Shown here one piece after another: positions 17,813 to 26,509 of a stretch of DNA of 32,000 nucleotides; within the stretch, counting starts at the first letter, position 1, and each line of letters starts with the position of its first letter. Location: positions 1,410,001 to 1,442,000 of the forward strand of contig NZ_CP042905.2 in assembly GCF_008000775.2 (NCBI RefSeq), written 5' to 3'. Made by a program: the position numbers and the translations under genes. Below the pieces are notes generated by a model. That model had not been told where the DNA came from. It searched no databases and worked only from the letters and a program-made list of their open reading frames with translations. This DNA comes from Promethearchaeum syntrophicum (lineage in GTDB: Archaea > Asgardarchaeota > Lokiarchaeia > Sigyniarchaeales > Promethearchaeaceae).

Positions 17813-19753
17813 ATGATTGAATATTTACCCCATTCAATATTTGAAATAATTTTATCCTTTATTATCTTCCATGCAAATGGCTTTATTCTATTTAGACTCC
17901 TATTTAAAAAATATTCTAATACAATACTCCAAAATAAGAAATATTTTCTATTTTATTGTAATATTGTCTTAACGAGTATTTCTTTCAACACTATTATTGG
18001 CTATTTTATATATTATCTAATGCCAAATAATGTTAAATTTTATAATATTATTCTATGTATTTTCTATTTCTTATTTTTCTCAAAAGAAATTTATAATTAT
18101 TATAATGAACTAAACAGAAATGAATTTTCCAAAATAGAAATCAAATCTTTTCTCTATAGAATAAAAATGAATTTTTTTTATAATCTGAAAAAAAAAAAAA
18201 TAATTAACTTTTTATATTTCTGTATCGTTTTTTATTTTCTATATTTAGCATTTAACCTATTCAATCGAAATGCTTTTGAATATTACAATGTGCCAATGAT
18301 TGACACTCTTGATACCATGTATTTTATGCAAAATGCTATAATAAAAAATACATTCAATTTTGAATTGTTAGCAAGTTATTATCCTTTGGGGTTTTATTTT
18401 AATATGATTTTTTTAAATATTCATACTCCCACAACGGTTTTTTGGTATATTAGATATTTTTCTATTTACCTTTCTCTTTTCAACTTATTCATTCTATATG
18501 GTTTGTTCAAAAGAATGACTAAAAATAGATGGATCCCATTTATTTCTATTTTAATCTTCATTTCATCTAATTCCATTATTGGTACAGCTATATATACCTA
18601 TGCAAACAACTTAGGTTTTGTGATCTCAATTATTACACTAATGAATGTGATTGAAGATGATATTTCAAATCCAAAATTTGTTGGTATGACTTCAATTGTT
18701 GGTATTTTAATTCATACAATTTGTGGAGGGTTTTTAATTCCCGCGATAATTTTGTATTACTTATTTAATTCAAAAAATAATAAAAAAAAAAAAAGAGATT
18801 TACGTATTATTATGACCTTTTTTTTTTGTTTTCTTATTCTCTTTTCTATCTCCTCATTACCTGATATATTAAATTCTATTGGAAATAAAATTTCTAGTGG
18901 AGTGGGTGATAATATCCCAAATACAAATTTAGGAATTCAATGGGATTTTTCAGTAGATTTTGAAAATTCATTATATTATATATTGTTTTCAGGAATGAAA
19001 TCATATTTCCATTATTGGATATTTTTGTATGTATTTGCTATTAAAAGATATAAAAAATATTTACCAATCATACTAACGCTTACTTTTGAAGTAATGATTT
19101 ATTATTTCTTACCTATAACCATAAATGGAGTATGGATTAGAGATATTTTTTCTTTTTATTACCCGTACTTCCGTTATCCTTTTACAGTCAATTTTTTATG
19201 GAATTTTTCAATAATTCTAGGATTAGAATCTTTATATTCAATAATAAAGAATATTTATAGAAAACTGAATGAAAGAATGGTATTGGATTATAGATACAAT
19301 TTTGCTACTTTAATGAATAATTTTAAAGTAGAATATTTTCTAATTTTTTTTATAATAATTTCTACATATAACTATATTCCCTACTATAATGCAAGTCAAA
19401 GGTTTGCCATTCTAAATAGAAATAGCCATATCCCAATTGGTTATCAAGAATGTTTGCTTTGGACAAATTATGAAATTGGAAATATGAATGATGTAGCGAT
19501 ACCTAATTCTTTATTTTCGCATTCTATCGAAGTTTTGAATAGATATTACGTAGCAACCGCAGTTTCATTGAATTTAATAAAATATAACTATTCAAATGAT
19601 ATCAGTAGCGATCTAATAAATTCTGTTGATTTCATAATAATCGATAAACTTAACTATAATTCGAATCTAAAACCTAAATTTACTTATGTTGAATTAGAAG
19701 AATTATTTTTATCCATCGATGGTAATTATTATGTGTTAAGAATCACCATTTGA
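17813..19753 (+). CDS. Large polytopic membrane protein, GT-C-fold-like glycosyltransferase candidate (paralog B)
   Basis: 646 aa with the same layout as paralog A. Layout: N-terminal 3-helix module, K/N-rich linker (..FFYNLKKKKI), a TM helix then the loop MIDTLDTMYFMQ (Asp at nt 18311), many helices, and a soluble C-terminal domain (GYQECLLWTNYEIGNMNDVAIP; compare RIKACEWLRDNTEEDSIYLIIP in paralog A). Confidence 0.5.
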   Translation: MIEYLPHSIFEIILSFIIFHANGFILFRLLFKKYSNTILQNKKYFLFYCNIVLTSISFNTIIGYFIYYLMPNNVKFYNIILCIFYFLFFSKEIYNYYNELNRNEFSKIEIKSFLYRIKMNFFYNLKKKKIINFLYFCIVFYFLYLAFNLFNRNAFEYYNVPMIDTLDTMYFMQNAIIKNTFNFELLASYYPLGFYFNMIFLNIHTPTTVFWYIRYFSIYLSLFNLFILYGLFKRMTKNRWIPFISILIFISSNSIIGTAIYTYANNLGFVISIITLMNVIEDDISNPKFVGMTSIVGILIHTICGGFLIPAIILYYLFNSKNNKKKKRDLRIIMTFFFCFLILFSISSLPDILNSIGNKISSGVGDNIPNTNLGIQWDFSVDFENSLYYILFSGMKSYFHYWIFLYVFAIKRYKKYLPIILTLTFEVMIYYFLPITINGVWIRDIFSFYYPYFRYPFTVNFLWNFSIILGLESLYSIIKNIYRKLNERMVLDYRYNFATLMNNFKVEYFLIFFIIISTYNYIPYYNASQRFAILNRNSHIPIGYQECLLWTNYEIGNMNDVAIPNSLFSHSIEVLNRYYVATAVSLNLIKYNYSNDISSDLINSVDFIIIDKLNYNSNLKPKFTYVELEELFLSIDGNYYVLRITI

Positions 19754-20273
19754 TAAGCATTTACTCAAAATTTTTAAGTGAAATTCTTGAAGCATTATCA
19801 AATTAAGAGAATAATGATGCAATTTATAATTATATTTACTACGCATACTACTCATTTTAACCCTTTCTTGAATATGAATGTCACATATAAAAAATTTAAA
19901 GCATTTATTGCCTCCGAGAAAATATTGGACGGACATTATAAGCCAAGTTTAACCGGTCGGTCGGTTTAATCCGCCTGCAAATTATTGGCTAACAGCGATT
20001 TGTTTTTTTATAGTCCCACATTTCCGATCGATTGGTCGAACTTTAAGCCCTTATCTGTCCTAATTCATTAATATGTGTTTAGTCTTATCTGCATTGATTT
20101 TAAATCTTTAATTCATGCAACATTATTTTCAAAGTTGAATCTATACGAATCAATTGAGATCTTAAAATTGTATCCTTTACTTCAAGTTTGATTCCTTAAA
20201 CTGAAGAGAAATTGATTTTGAATCAATAATAATAAAAAAACTTATGAAAAAGAGATAGTTATGTATTATAATA

Positions 20274-21605
20274 ATGAAAAAAATTAAAATAGCTGTAATT
20301 ATTGGAACGCGTCCTGAGCTGATTAAATTAAGTGTTATAGTTCGTTTATTACAAAATGATAAAGATTTTCATTTGATTTATATACATAGTGGTCAACATT
20401 ACGATGATCAGATGTTTAAGGTTTTTTTAAATGATTTAGAATTACCAGCACCAGATTATAATGTGAATGTTGGTTCTTATCCAAATTCCGTTCAAACGGG
20501 AAAAATGTTAATTGAACTGTATGAAATTATTAAGAAAGAAAATCCAGATATTATCTTAGCTCAAGGAGATACTAATACGGTTTTATGTGCTGCTCTAACT
20601 GCTTTTAAAAATAATCTCCCTTTTGGTCATGTCGAAGCGGGGATTAGATCTTTTGATAGGAGAATGCCTGAAGAAATAAATCGAATTCTTACCGGGAGCT
20701 GTGCTTCACTAAATTTTGCGCCTACAAAATTAGCGGTTGAGAATCTTTTAAATGACGGAATTCTTCCAAATCGAATTTTCTTAGTTGGAAACCCAATTGT
20801 TGATGTTGTGAATGAAAATATTCACATTGCGAAAAAAAAGTCGAATATTGATGTACTGCTCAATTTGAAGAAACAAGAAAAATTCATTCTATTAACAATG
20901 CATAGACCGTCTAATGTCGATAATGTGGAAAATCTTCGAAAAATGATTATTTCATTCTTAAATATTAAGGAAGTAAAATTTATCTTTCCCGCTCATCCGA
21001 GAACATTGAAAAAATTAAAAGAATGTGAATTATATGATGAAATTAGTAAATCGCCTAATTTAAGCATAATTGAACCTCTTAACTATTTTGATATGTTAAA
21101 ATTATTGAACCTTTCATCATTTATTCTTACTGATTCTGGAGGTTTACAAGAAGAAGCAGTGATATTAAAAAAACCATGTATTACTTTACGCGATAACACA
21201 GAACGTCCTGAATCTATTGAAGTAAACGCTAATATTTTAGTTGGAAATGATATAGAAAAAATAAAAACGTCTATTTTAAAACTCTGGAATGATAAAGATT
21301 TTTATAATTCAATGATTCCAGAATCAAACCCTTTTGGTGATGGAAACAGTTCAAAAAAAATAATTCAAATTATAAAAAAGGCATATAATAATCAAGAATT
21401 GTCATTACCTTATATAAAATTCGATAAAATAATTCCATATTGTAAACTGATCGATATTAACGATATTGAAATTAGCGTTGGAGATTTTGAGAAAAGATAC
21501 CATTGTATAGTTTTGGAAATATTTGATAAAACCGGTAATCTGTTGTTTCCCACAAACTCAATGAAATTAGAAAAAAAAATGAGGTTAAAGGTTAGATATT
21601 TTTAG
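20274..21605 (+). CDS. wecB: UDP-N-acetylglucosamine 2-epimerase (non-hydrolysing, WecB/MnaA family) with a ~70-aa C-terminal extension
   Basis: GTRPELIKL, HVEAGIRSFDRRMPEEINR, DSGGLQEEA and PFGDGNSSKKI are the canonical epimerase_2 motifs in the canonical order. At 443 aa it is about 70 aa longer than the 360-380 aa typical of the family. Confidence 0.85.
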   Translation: MKKIKIAVIIGTRPELIKLSVIVRLLQNDKDFHLIYIHSGQHYDDQMFKVFLNDLELPAPDYNVNVGSYPNSVQTGKMLIELYEIIKKENPDIILAQGDTNTVLCAALTAFKNNLPFGHVEAGIRSFDRRMPEEINRILTGSCASLNFAPTKLAVENLLNDGILPNRIFLVGNPIVDVVNENIHIAKKKSNIDVLLNLKKQEKFILLTMHRPSNVDNVENLRKMIISFLNIKEVKFIFPAHPRTLKKLKECELYDEISKSPNLSIIEPLNYFDMLKLLNLSSFILTDSGGLQEEAVILKKPCITLRDNTERPESIEVNANILVGNDIEKIKTSILKLWNDKDFYNSMIPESNPFGDGNSSKKIIQIIKKAYNNQELSLPYIKFDKIIPYCKLIDINDIEISVGDFEKRYHCIVLEIFDKTGNLLFPTNSMKLEKKMRLKVRYF

Positions 21606-21615
21606 TTATTTCTTT

Positions 21616-22650
21616 TTATTTACCTCTGACAGCGGATGAAGTTCCAGGAGGAAAATCTGCAGAAGCTTCAATTTGATTCCAATGTTCGTCGAACCATTTG
21701 ACAGCTAAATTTAGACATTCTTTAAAATTTGGATCTGCTTTAAATCCAATTAGGGATTTTGCTTTTTCATTTGATGCAAGCATTCGTGATTTTGCATCCC
21801 AGTTTCTCCTGGGTAAATATTTTATCCCTGCTTTATTATTAGTGACATTATTTACTAACTGGGCGAGATCTATTATTTTTACTTCTCGTCCTGCAGCTAG
21901 ATTCATTTCTTGTCCAATTGCTTCTTTATAATAACCCATTCTTATTAAACCATCAACAATGTCGCCAACGAATGTAAAATCTCTTGTTTCTTCACCGGTT
22001 CCTGTGATCGGTAATGGCAATCCAGATTTTGCCCAAAAAATAAAGTTGGGAATTACATTTCGATATTGACCAGGAACTTCTCCTGGTCCAAAAGAATTGA
22101 AAAACCTTGCTTTTACTGTAGGTACTTTTTTAATTTTAAAGAAATAATTGCAATAAAGTTCCCCTAACATTTTTGTGATCTGATAAGGTGTTGTCATATA
22201 CATATTTGTTAATTCTTCTTTGTAGGGCATTTCAGCATTAGTAGGATAAATTGAACATCCTGAAGAGGCATATACAAATCTTTGGAGTTTTCCATATATT
22301 GCAGAATATTCTAGTAATTTTAAAGTGCCAAACCCATTAGTATTTAAATCTTTTTCGGGGTAATCAACTGAATTTTGATTTGCAAAAAAAGCAGCTAAAT
22401 GGAATAAAAGATCTGGTTTTTCATTAAAAATTCTCTTCAAAACAATATCGTCAGCAATATCGCCTTTGATAAAAAGTAAATTGGTTGCATTTTGTGGTAG
22501 ATTCCACTCATAACTTGATGAAAGATCATCAACTACTATTACAAATGCATCTAATTCTATTAATTTCTTGGTTAAATTAGACCCAATTGCTCCTGCTCCA
22601 CCAGTAATTACGACAATCTTATCTTTATAATATTTTAAATAATCATCCAT
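21616..22650 (-). CDS. NAD-dependent nucleotide-sugar epimerase/dehydratase (extended SDR)
   Basis: 344 aa. Rossmann motif VVITGGAGAIGSNL, catalytic YQITK (YxxxK), ASSGCSIY. Substrate cannot be assigned from sequence alone. Confidence 0.75.
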   Translation of the reverse strand: MDDYLKYYKDKIVVITGGAGAIGSNLTKKLIELDAFVIVVDDLSSSYEWNLPQNATNLLFIKGDIADDIVLKRIFNEKPDLLFHLAAFFANQNSVDYPEKDLNTNGFGTLKLLEYSAIYGKLQRFVYASSGCSIYPTNAEMPYKEELTNMYMTTPYQITKMLGELYCNYFFKIKKVPTVKARFFNSFGPGEVPGQYRNVIPNFIFWAKSGLPLPITGTGEETRDFTFVGDIVDGLIRMGYYKEAIGQEMNLAAGREVKIIDLAQLVNNVTNNKAGIKYLPRRNWDAKSRMLASNEKAKSLIGFKADPNFKECLNLAVKWFDEHWNQIEASADFPPGTSSAVRGK

Positions 22651-22663
22651 TTTTTATTCTATC

Positions 22664-23602
22664 CTATTTTTTTATATGATTTATAAATTCAGGGTATTTC
22701 TTCTTCATCCATTCGATATAAAGAGGAATACCTTTTTCTACTGGAATGTCAATTCGATGGTCTAAATCTTTGTATGCTTTTGAACAATCAATGGGTTTTA
22801 CCATAGTCGTAAAAGGTTCAGTTCCTTTATATGTAATATGTGAATCTGCTATATCTAAGTTTTTTACTATCAGATCTGAAATATATTTAATATCTACTTC
22901 TTTCTTTGCGGCAATATTATAAACTTCTCCCGGTTTAAAGTTTTCTACAGCATTTGCAACAGTTCGAACAGTATCTGATACATAATCAAATATTCTTTTA
23001 TGACCATTATATACTGTTGCTGGAAGATTAAACATCCCATGGTAGACTAATATTGGAATAACACCTCTGTACGGGCTATATTCTTCATGTGGTCCATAAC
23101 AATTAACAGGTCTTATGCGAACAATTTCATTTCCCCACATTTCCGCAGCATTTAAGCATTGAAGTTCATTTGCCCATTTTGAAATAGCATAATCATTCAT
23201 CTGTTTTATTGGAATTTTATCCATTACATCTTCAGACATTAATTCTCGATAATCCCCATAAACCTCAGCACTACTAAAGGTTGTAAGTTTGAATTTGTGT
23301 TTTTTTTGGAACACGAGAATATTTTTTAATCCAACACAATTTGTTCTCCATAGCATATCATAATAAGCTTCTCCATTCCACCTTCCGTATTCTGCGGCAA
23401 GATTAAAGACAAAATCAAAATTATGTTCTTCGAAGATTCGTTCTAGATGTCGGTATTCACCTATATCACATTTGTAATGAGTTCTTTTGGTTTCAGGACT
23501 GTGATTTAAATCTGCAGTTATTACTTCATATCCTCGTGAACGAAGTTCTTTGGTTAAATTCGTTCCAATAAAACCAGTTCCTCCAGTAATTAAAATTTTC
23601 AA
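22664..23602 (-). CDS. NAD-dependent nucleotide-sugar epimerase/dehydratase (extended SDR)
   Basis: 312 aa. ILITGGTGFIGTNL begins at residue 3, and YAISK is the YxxxK motif. The start must be TTG at 23602 because an in-frame TGA lies 9 nt upstream. A GGTGA Shine-Dalgarno-like motif sits 6 nt before it. Confidence 0.75.
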   Translation of the reverse strand: MKILITGGTGFIGTNLTKELRSRGYEVITADLNHSPETKRTHYKCDIGEYRHLERIFEEHNFDFVFNLAAEYGRWNGEAYYDMLWRTNCVGLKNILVFQKKHKFKLTTFSSAEVYGDYRELMSEDVMDKIPIKQMNDYAISKWANELQCLNAAEMWGNEIVRIRPVNCYGPHEEYSPYRGVIPILVYHGMFNLPATVYNGHKRIFDYVSDTVRTVANAVENFKPGEVYNIAAKKEVDIKYISDLIVKNLDIADSHITYKGTEPFTTMVKPIDCSKAYKDLDHRIDIPVEKGIPLYIEWMKKKYPEFINHIKK

Positions 23603-23978
23603 TTCATTTCACCAATTTTTAAATTTTTTGCAATCAGATTTGAGTAATCGAATTTGATTTTGAATTTAAAAAATTTGTAGATATTAATTTAAATATAGGA
23701 ATATGATTTATATTTTTTCATATGAAGATAAATTAATCTGGCATTCATTGCAGTCATCTAAATTAAATATTACTGGATTTTAATAAATTAATTCATTCGA
23801 CTATTGGAAATCTCAATATTTGATGTTAGAGATGTTTTTGTTTGATCTTCTTTCATAGTGATGTTTATGAAATATTGACAAAAATAAATATGAGAGATAT
23901 CAAGATCTGGAAAGCAAAATAAAAATGATTAATTGTCAAAAAGTTAAAGAATTATTATAAACAACGTTAGTTAGTGAA
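23603..23978. promoter_or_regulatory. Divergent promoter region between the SDR operon (-) and the GT4 pair (+)
   Basis: 376-bp non-coding AT-rich spacer between divergently transcribed gene blocks. No specific element can be resolved with confidence. Confidence 0.35.
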
Positions 23979-25208
23979 ATGAAAATCTTAATATTACAAG
24001 AAACTAATTGGATGTTAAGAGGGCCACATCAACAACATCATTTAATGGAGCGTTTATCTGCCAAAGGTCATGAAATTCGAGTTATTGATTTTGATTTTTT
24101 ATGGCAAGAAAAAAAAGAAGATCATAAATTATTTTATAGAAATAAAAAATATCTTTCTACTCCAAGGATATCAATGAATTCAAAAATCCAAATTATACAG
24201 CCAGGTATGTTAAAATTACCAATATTCTGTTATCTCTCAATACCTATCACTCATTTTTTAAGTATATATAAGGAAATTATTCGCGATAAACCAGATATTA
24301 TAATTGGATTTAGTATTATTAATAGCTTCATAGGCTTAATTCTAGCAAAAATATATAAAATTCCTTTCTGTTACTATTTAATTGATCATCTTCATAAGCT
24401 TTTACCGATTAAGCTCTTTCAATCATTAGCAAAAGCTCTTGAATCGTATAACATAAGAAATTGCAATAACTTATTTGCTATTAATCAAGGTTTATTAGAT
24501 TATGCATATGGACTAGGAGGAGATCCGAAGAAATTTTTATTAATTCCTGGTGGTGTTGATTTAGAAAAATATAAAATTTTGCAAGATTCAACAGAAACCC
24601 GTTTAAAATTAAATATATCTGAAGAGGATACTGTGCTTATGTTTATGGGTTGGATTTACAATTTTTCCGGAATGAAAGAAATCACAGACTATGTTGTTGA
24701 TGAACAAAAGACTATTAAAAAAATTAAACTATTAATTGTTGGAAAGGGGGATTTATTCAATTATATTCAAGAAAAGAAAAAATTACTAAATAATAAAGGA
24801 GATATATTATTAACTGGGCAAGTTCCTTTTAGTGATATACCTAAATATTTACACGCAGCTGATTATTGTATATTACCTGCATATAAAAATAAGATTATGG
24901 AAAATATTGTTCCAATTAAACTATATGAATATCTTGCAGCGGGAAAACCTGTAATTGCAACTAAATTAAAAGGAATTTTTAAAGAATTTGGTTATAATAA
25001 CGGAATCATCTATATTGACAACCCACTCGAGGTTTTTGATGTGGTTCAAAAAATTCAATATAAGAAACATGAAATTTCTCGCTCTGGTTTAGAATTTGTT
25101 AAAAATTATGATTGGAATATAATAATTCCAAAATTTGAAAATGAATTATATAAGATTATTGGAAATCCAATTAACATAAAGAAATCTTTTAAAAGGGAAA
25201 ACCAATAA
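23979..25208 (+). CDS. GT4-family (GT-B) glycosyltransferase
   Basis: 409 aa. The C-terminal domain has FMGWIYNFSGM, LLIVGKGD and PIKLYEYLAAGKPVIATKL (EX7E-region-like motif). Confidence 0.75.
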   Translation: MKILILQETNWMLRGPHQQHHLMERLSAKGHEIRVIDFDFLWQEKKEDHKLFYRNKKYLSTPRISMNSKIQIIQPGMLKLPIFCYLSIPITHFLSIYKEIIRDKPDIIIGFSIINSFIGLILAKIYKIPFCYYLIDHLHKLLPIKLFQSLAKALESYNIRNCNNLFAINQGLLDYAYGLGGDPKKFLLIPGGVDLEKYKILQDSTETRLKLNISEEDTVLMFMGWIYNFSGMKEITDYVVDEQKTIKKIKLLIVGKGDLFNYIQEKKKLLNNKGDILLTGQVPFSDIPKYLHAADYCILPAYKNKIMENIVPIKLYEYLAAGKPVIATKLKGIFKEFGYNNGIIYIDNPLEVFDVVQKIQYKKHEISRSGLEFVKNYDWNIIIPKFENELYKIIGNPINIKKSFKRENQ

Positions 25209-25227
25209 TATAAAAAAGCAACCCAAT

Positions 25228-26397
25228 TTGATGAAGATTATGAGAATTGCTCGAGTAATTGAAATGTTTTATCCCTATATGGCGGGACCTATAAATCAAG
25301 CATTTTGGATATCAAAACAACTTGAAGAAAGGAATATTGAATCTCCCGTTTATACAACTTTTTTAAATGTTGATAATGTGCCTAGAAAAGAAATTATTGA
25401 CAATGTCTCAGTTTCTCGCCATGAGATTAAAGGTAAATTTATGAAATATGTTTATACTCCCGATTTAAAAAATGTTTTGAAGAATTATGATTTCGATCTA
25501 ATTCATGCACACAATTATCGAAATTATCAATCCCAAATCTCCTTTAAAATTGCAAAACAAAAAGGAAAACCCTTTATTATAAATACTCATGGCAGTTTGT
25601 TAAGTTACAGAACATATTTAAAGGGGTTATATACTCTTCCATACATTGGATATGATTTACTCACTAGAAAAAGAATTATAAAAAAAGCTGATAAAGTAGT
25701 TGTTTCATCAAAAATCGAATTTTCCGAGGCAAAAAAGTTTGGTGTTAAAGAAAAGAATATTGTTATTAATCCAATGGGGATTAATGTTTCAAATTATAGA
25801 AAACAAGATAGATTTTATGAAATAAATAAAAAAAATCCATTAAAATTATTATTTGTTGGTAGAATTTCTCGTCATAGAAAAATTGAATTAATAATAAATG
25901 CAATAAAAAATATCGAAAATGTCCATTTAAAAATTGTGGGTGGAGAAGAAAAAAATACTGATTTTTTTAAATCTGGATATCTTAATGAATTGAAAGATTA
26001 TACTACTTCAAATAAATTAAATAAAAAAGTCGAATTTGTCGGTCCCAAATATGGAAAAGATTTAATTAATGAATATACTTCGTCCGATGTCTTTGTTTAT
26101 CCATCCTTAGTGGAAAATTTTGGACAGACAATTTTAGAAGCAAGTGCTGCAGGATTGCCTTCAATTGTCACCCCTGTAGGAGTTGCAAATGAAATAATAG
26201 AAAATAATATCTCAGGATACATTGTTGACTTTGATAATGTAAAAATTATTGCAGAAAGAATTGAGGACTTGAAATCTAGAGAACTAAGGGAAAAGTTTTC
26301 AAAAAAAGTTAAAGAAAACACTGAAAAAAATTATAGTTGGGAAAATATTATCACTAAATACATCAATATCTATAAAGATGTTCTTAAAATCACTTAA
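25228..26397 (+). CDS. GT4-family (GT-B) glycosyltransferase
   Basis: 389 aa. LLFVGRISRHRKIE, YPSLVENFGQTILEASAAGLPSIVTPVGVANEII (classic EX7E region). The ATG at 25231 is a more likely start than the TTG at 25228. Confidence 0.8.
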   Translation: MMKIMRIARVIEMFYPYMAGPINQAFWISKQLEERNIESPVYTTFLNVDNVPRKEIIDNVSVSRHEIKGKFMKYVYTPDLKNVLKNYDFDLIHAHNYRNYQSQISFKIAKQKGKPFIINTHGSLLSYRTYLKGLYTLPYIGYDLLTRKRIIKKADKVVVSSKIEFSEAKKFGVKEKNIVINPMGINVSNYRKQDRFYEINKKNPLKLLFVGRISRHRKIELIINAIKNIENVHLKIVGGEEKNTDFFKSGYLNELKDYTTSNKLNKKVEFVGPKYGKDLINEYTSSDVFVYPSLVENFGQTILEASAAGLPSIVTPVGVANEIIENNISGYIVDFDNVKIIAERIEDLKSRELREKFSKKVKENTEKNYSWENIITKYINIYKDVLKIT

Positions 26398-26489
26398 GAT
26401 TTAGATTTTTGAAAACCCTAAAATAAATGAATATATCGTATATTTTAATTTTGAACTTAAGAAAATTGAAATGAATCCTTTGATATCTC

Positions 26490-26499
26490 TTTTTTTTTT
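26490..26499 (+). terminator. Oligo-T tract (T10) in the convergent intergenic region
   Basis: A run of 10 T lies about 90 nt downstream of the stop at 26397, between convergent genes. It is a possible oligo-T terminator for the + strand GT4 operon. Confidence 0.25.
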
Positions 26500-26509
26500 G
26501 CTTATTTTT

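Noticed and set aside
19736-19969. Two small overlapping ORFs (66 aa minus, 63 aa plus) in the 19754-20273 spacer
   Set aside because: They are mutually overlapping on opposite strands, have no motifs, and have composition atypical for the local proteome. The region is more likely non-coding (see the GC-island finding).
19951-20041. tRNA or tRNA fragment (att-site-like) in the GC-richer island
   Set aside because: GTTCGA- and GGTTTAATCC-like strings are present, but I could not build a T-arm, acceptor stem or cloverleaf on either strand.
20149-20219. Nested imperfect inverted repeats upstream of wecB (GAATCAATT..AATTGATT; CTTCAAGTTT..AAACTGAAG) as a regulatory RNA structure
   Set aside because: The stems are short, imperfect and almost entirely A/T, so they are likely to arise by chance in this composition. 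There is no comparative support.
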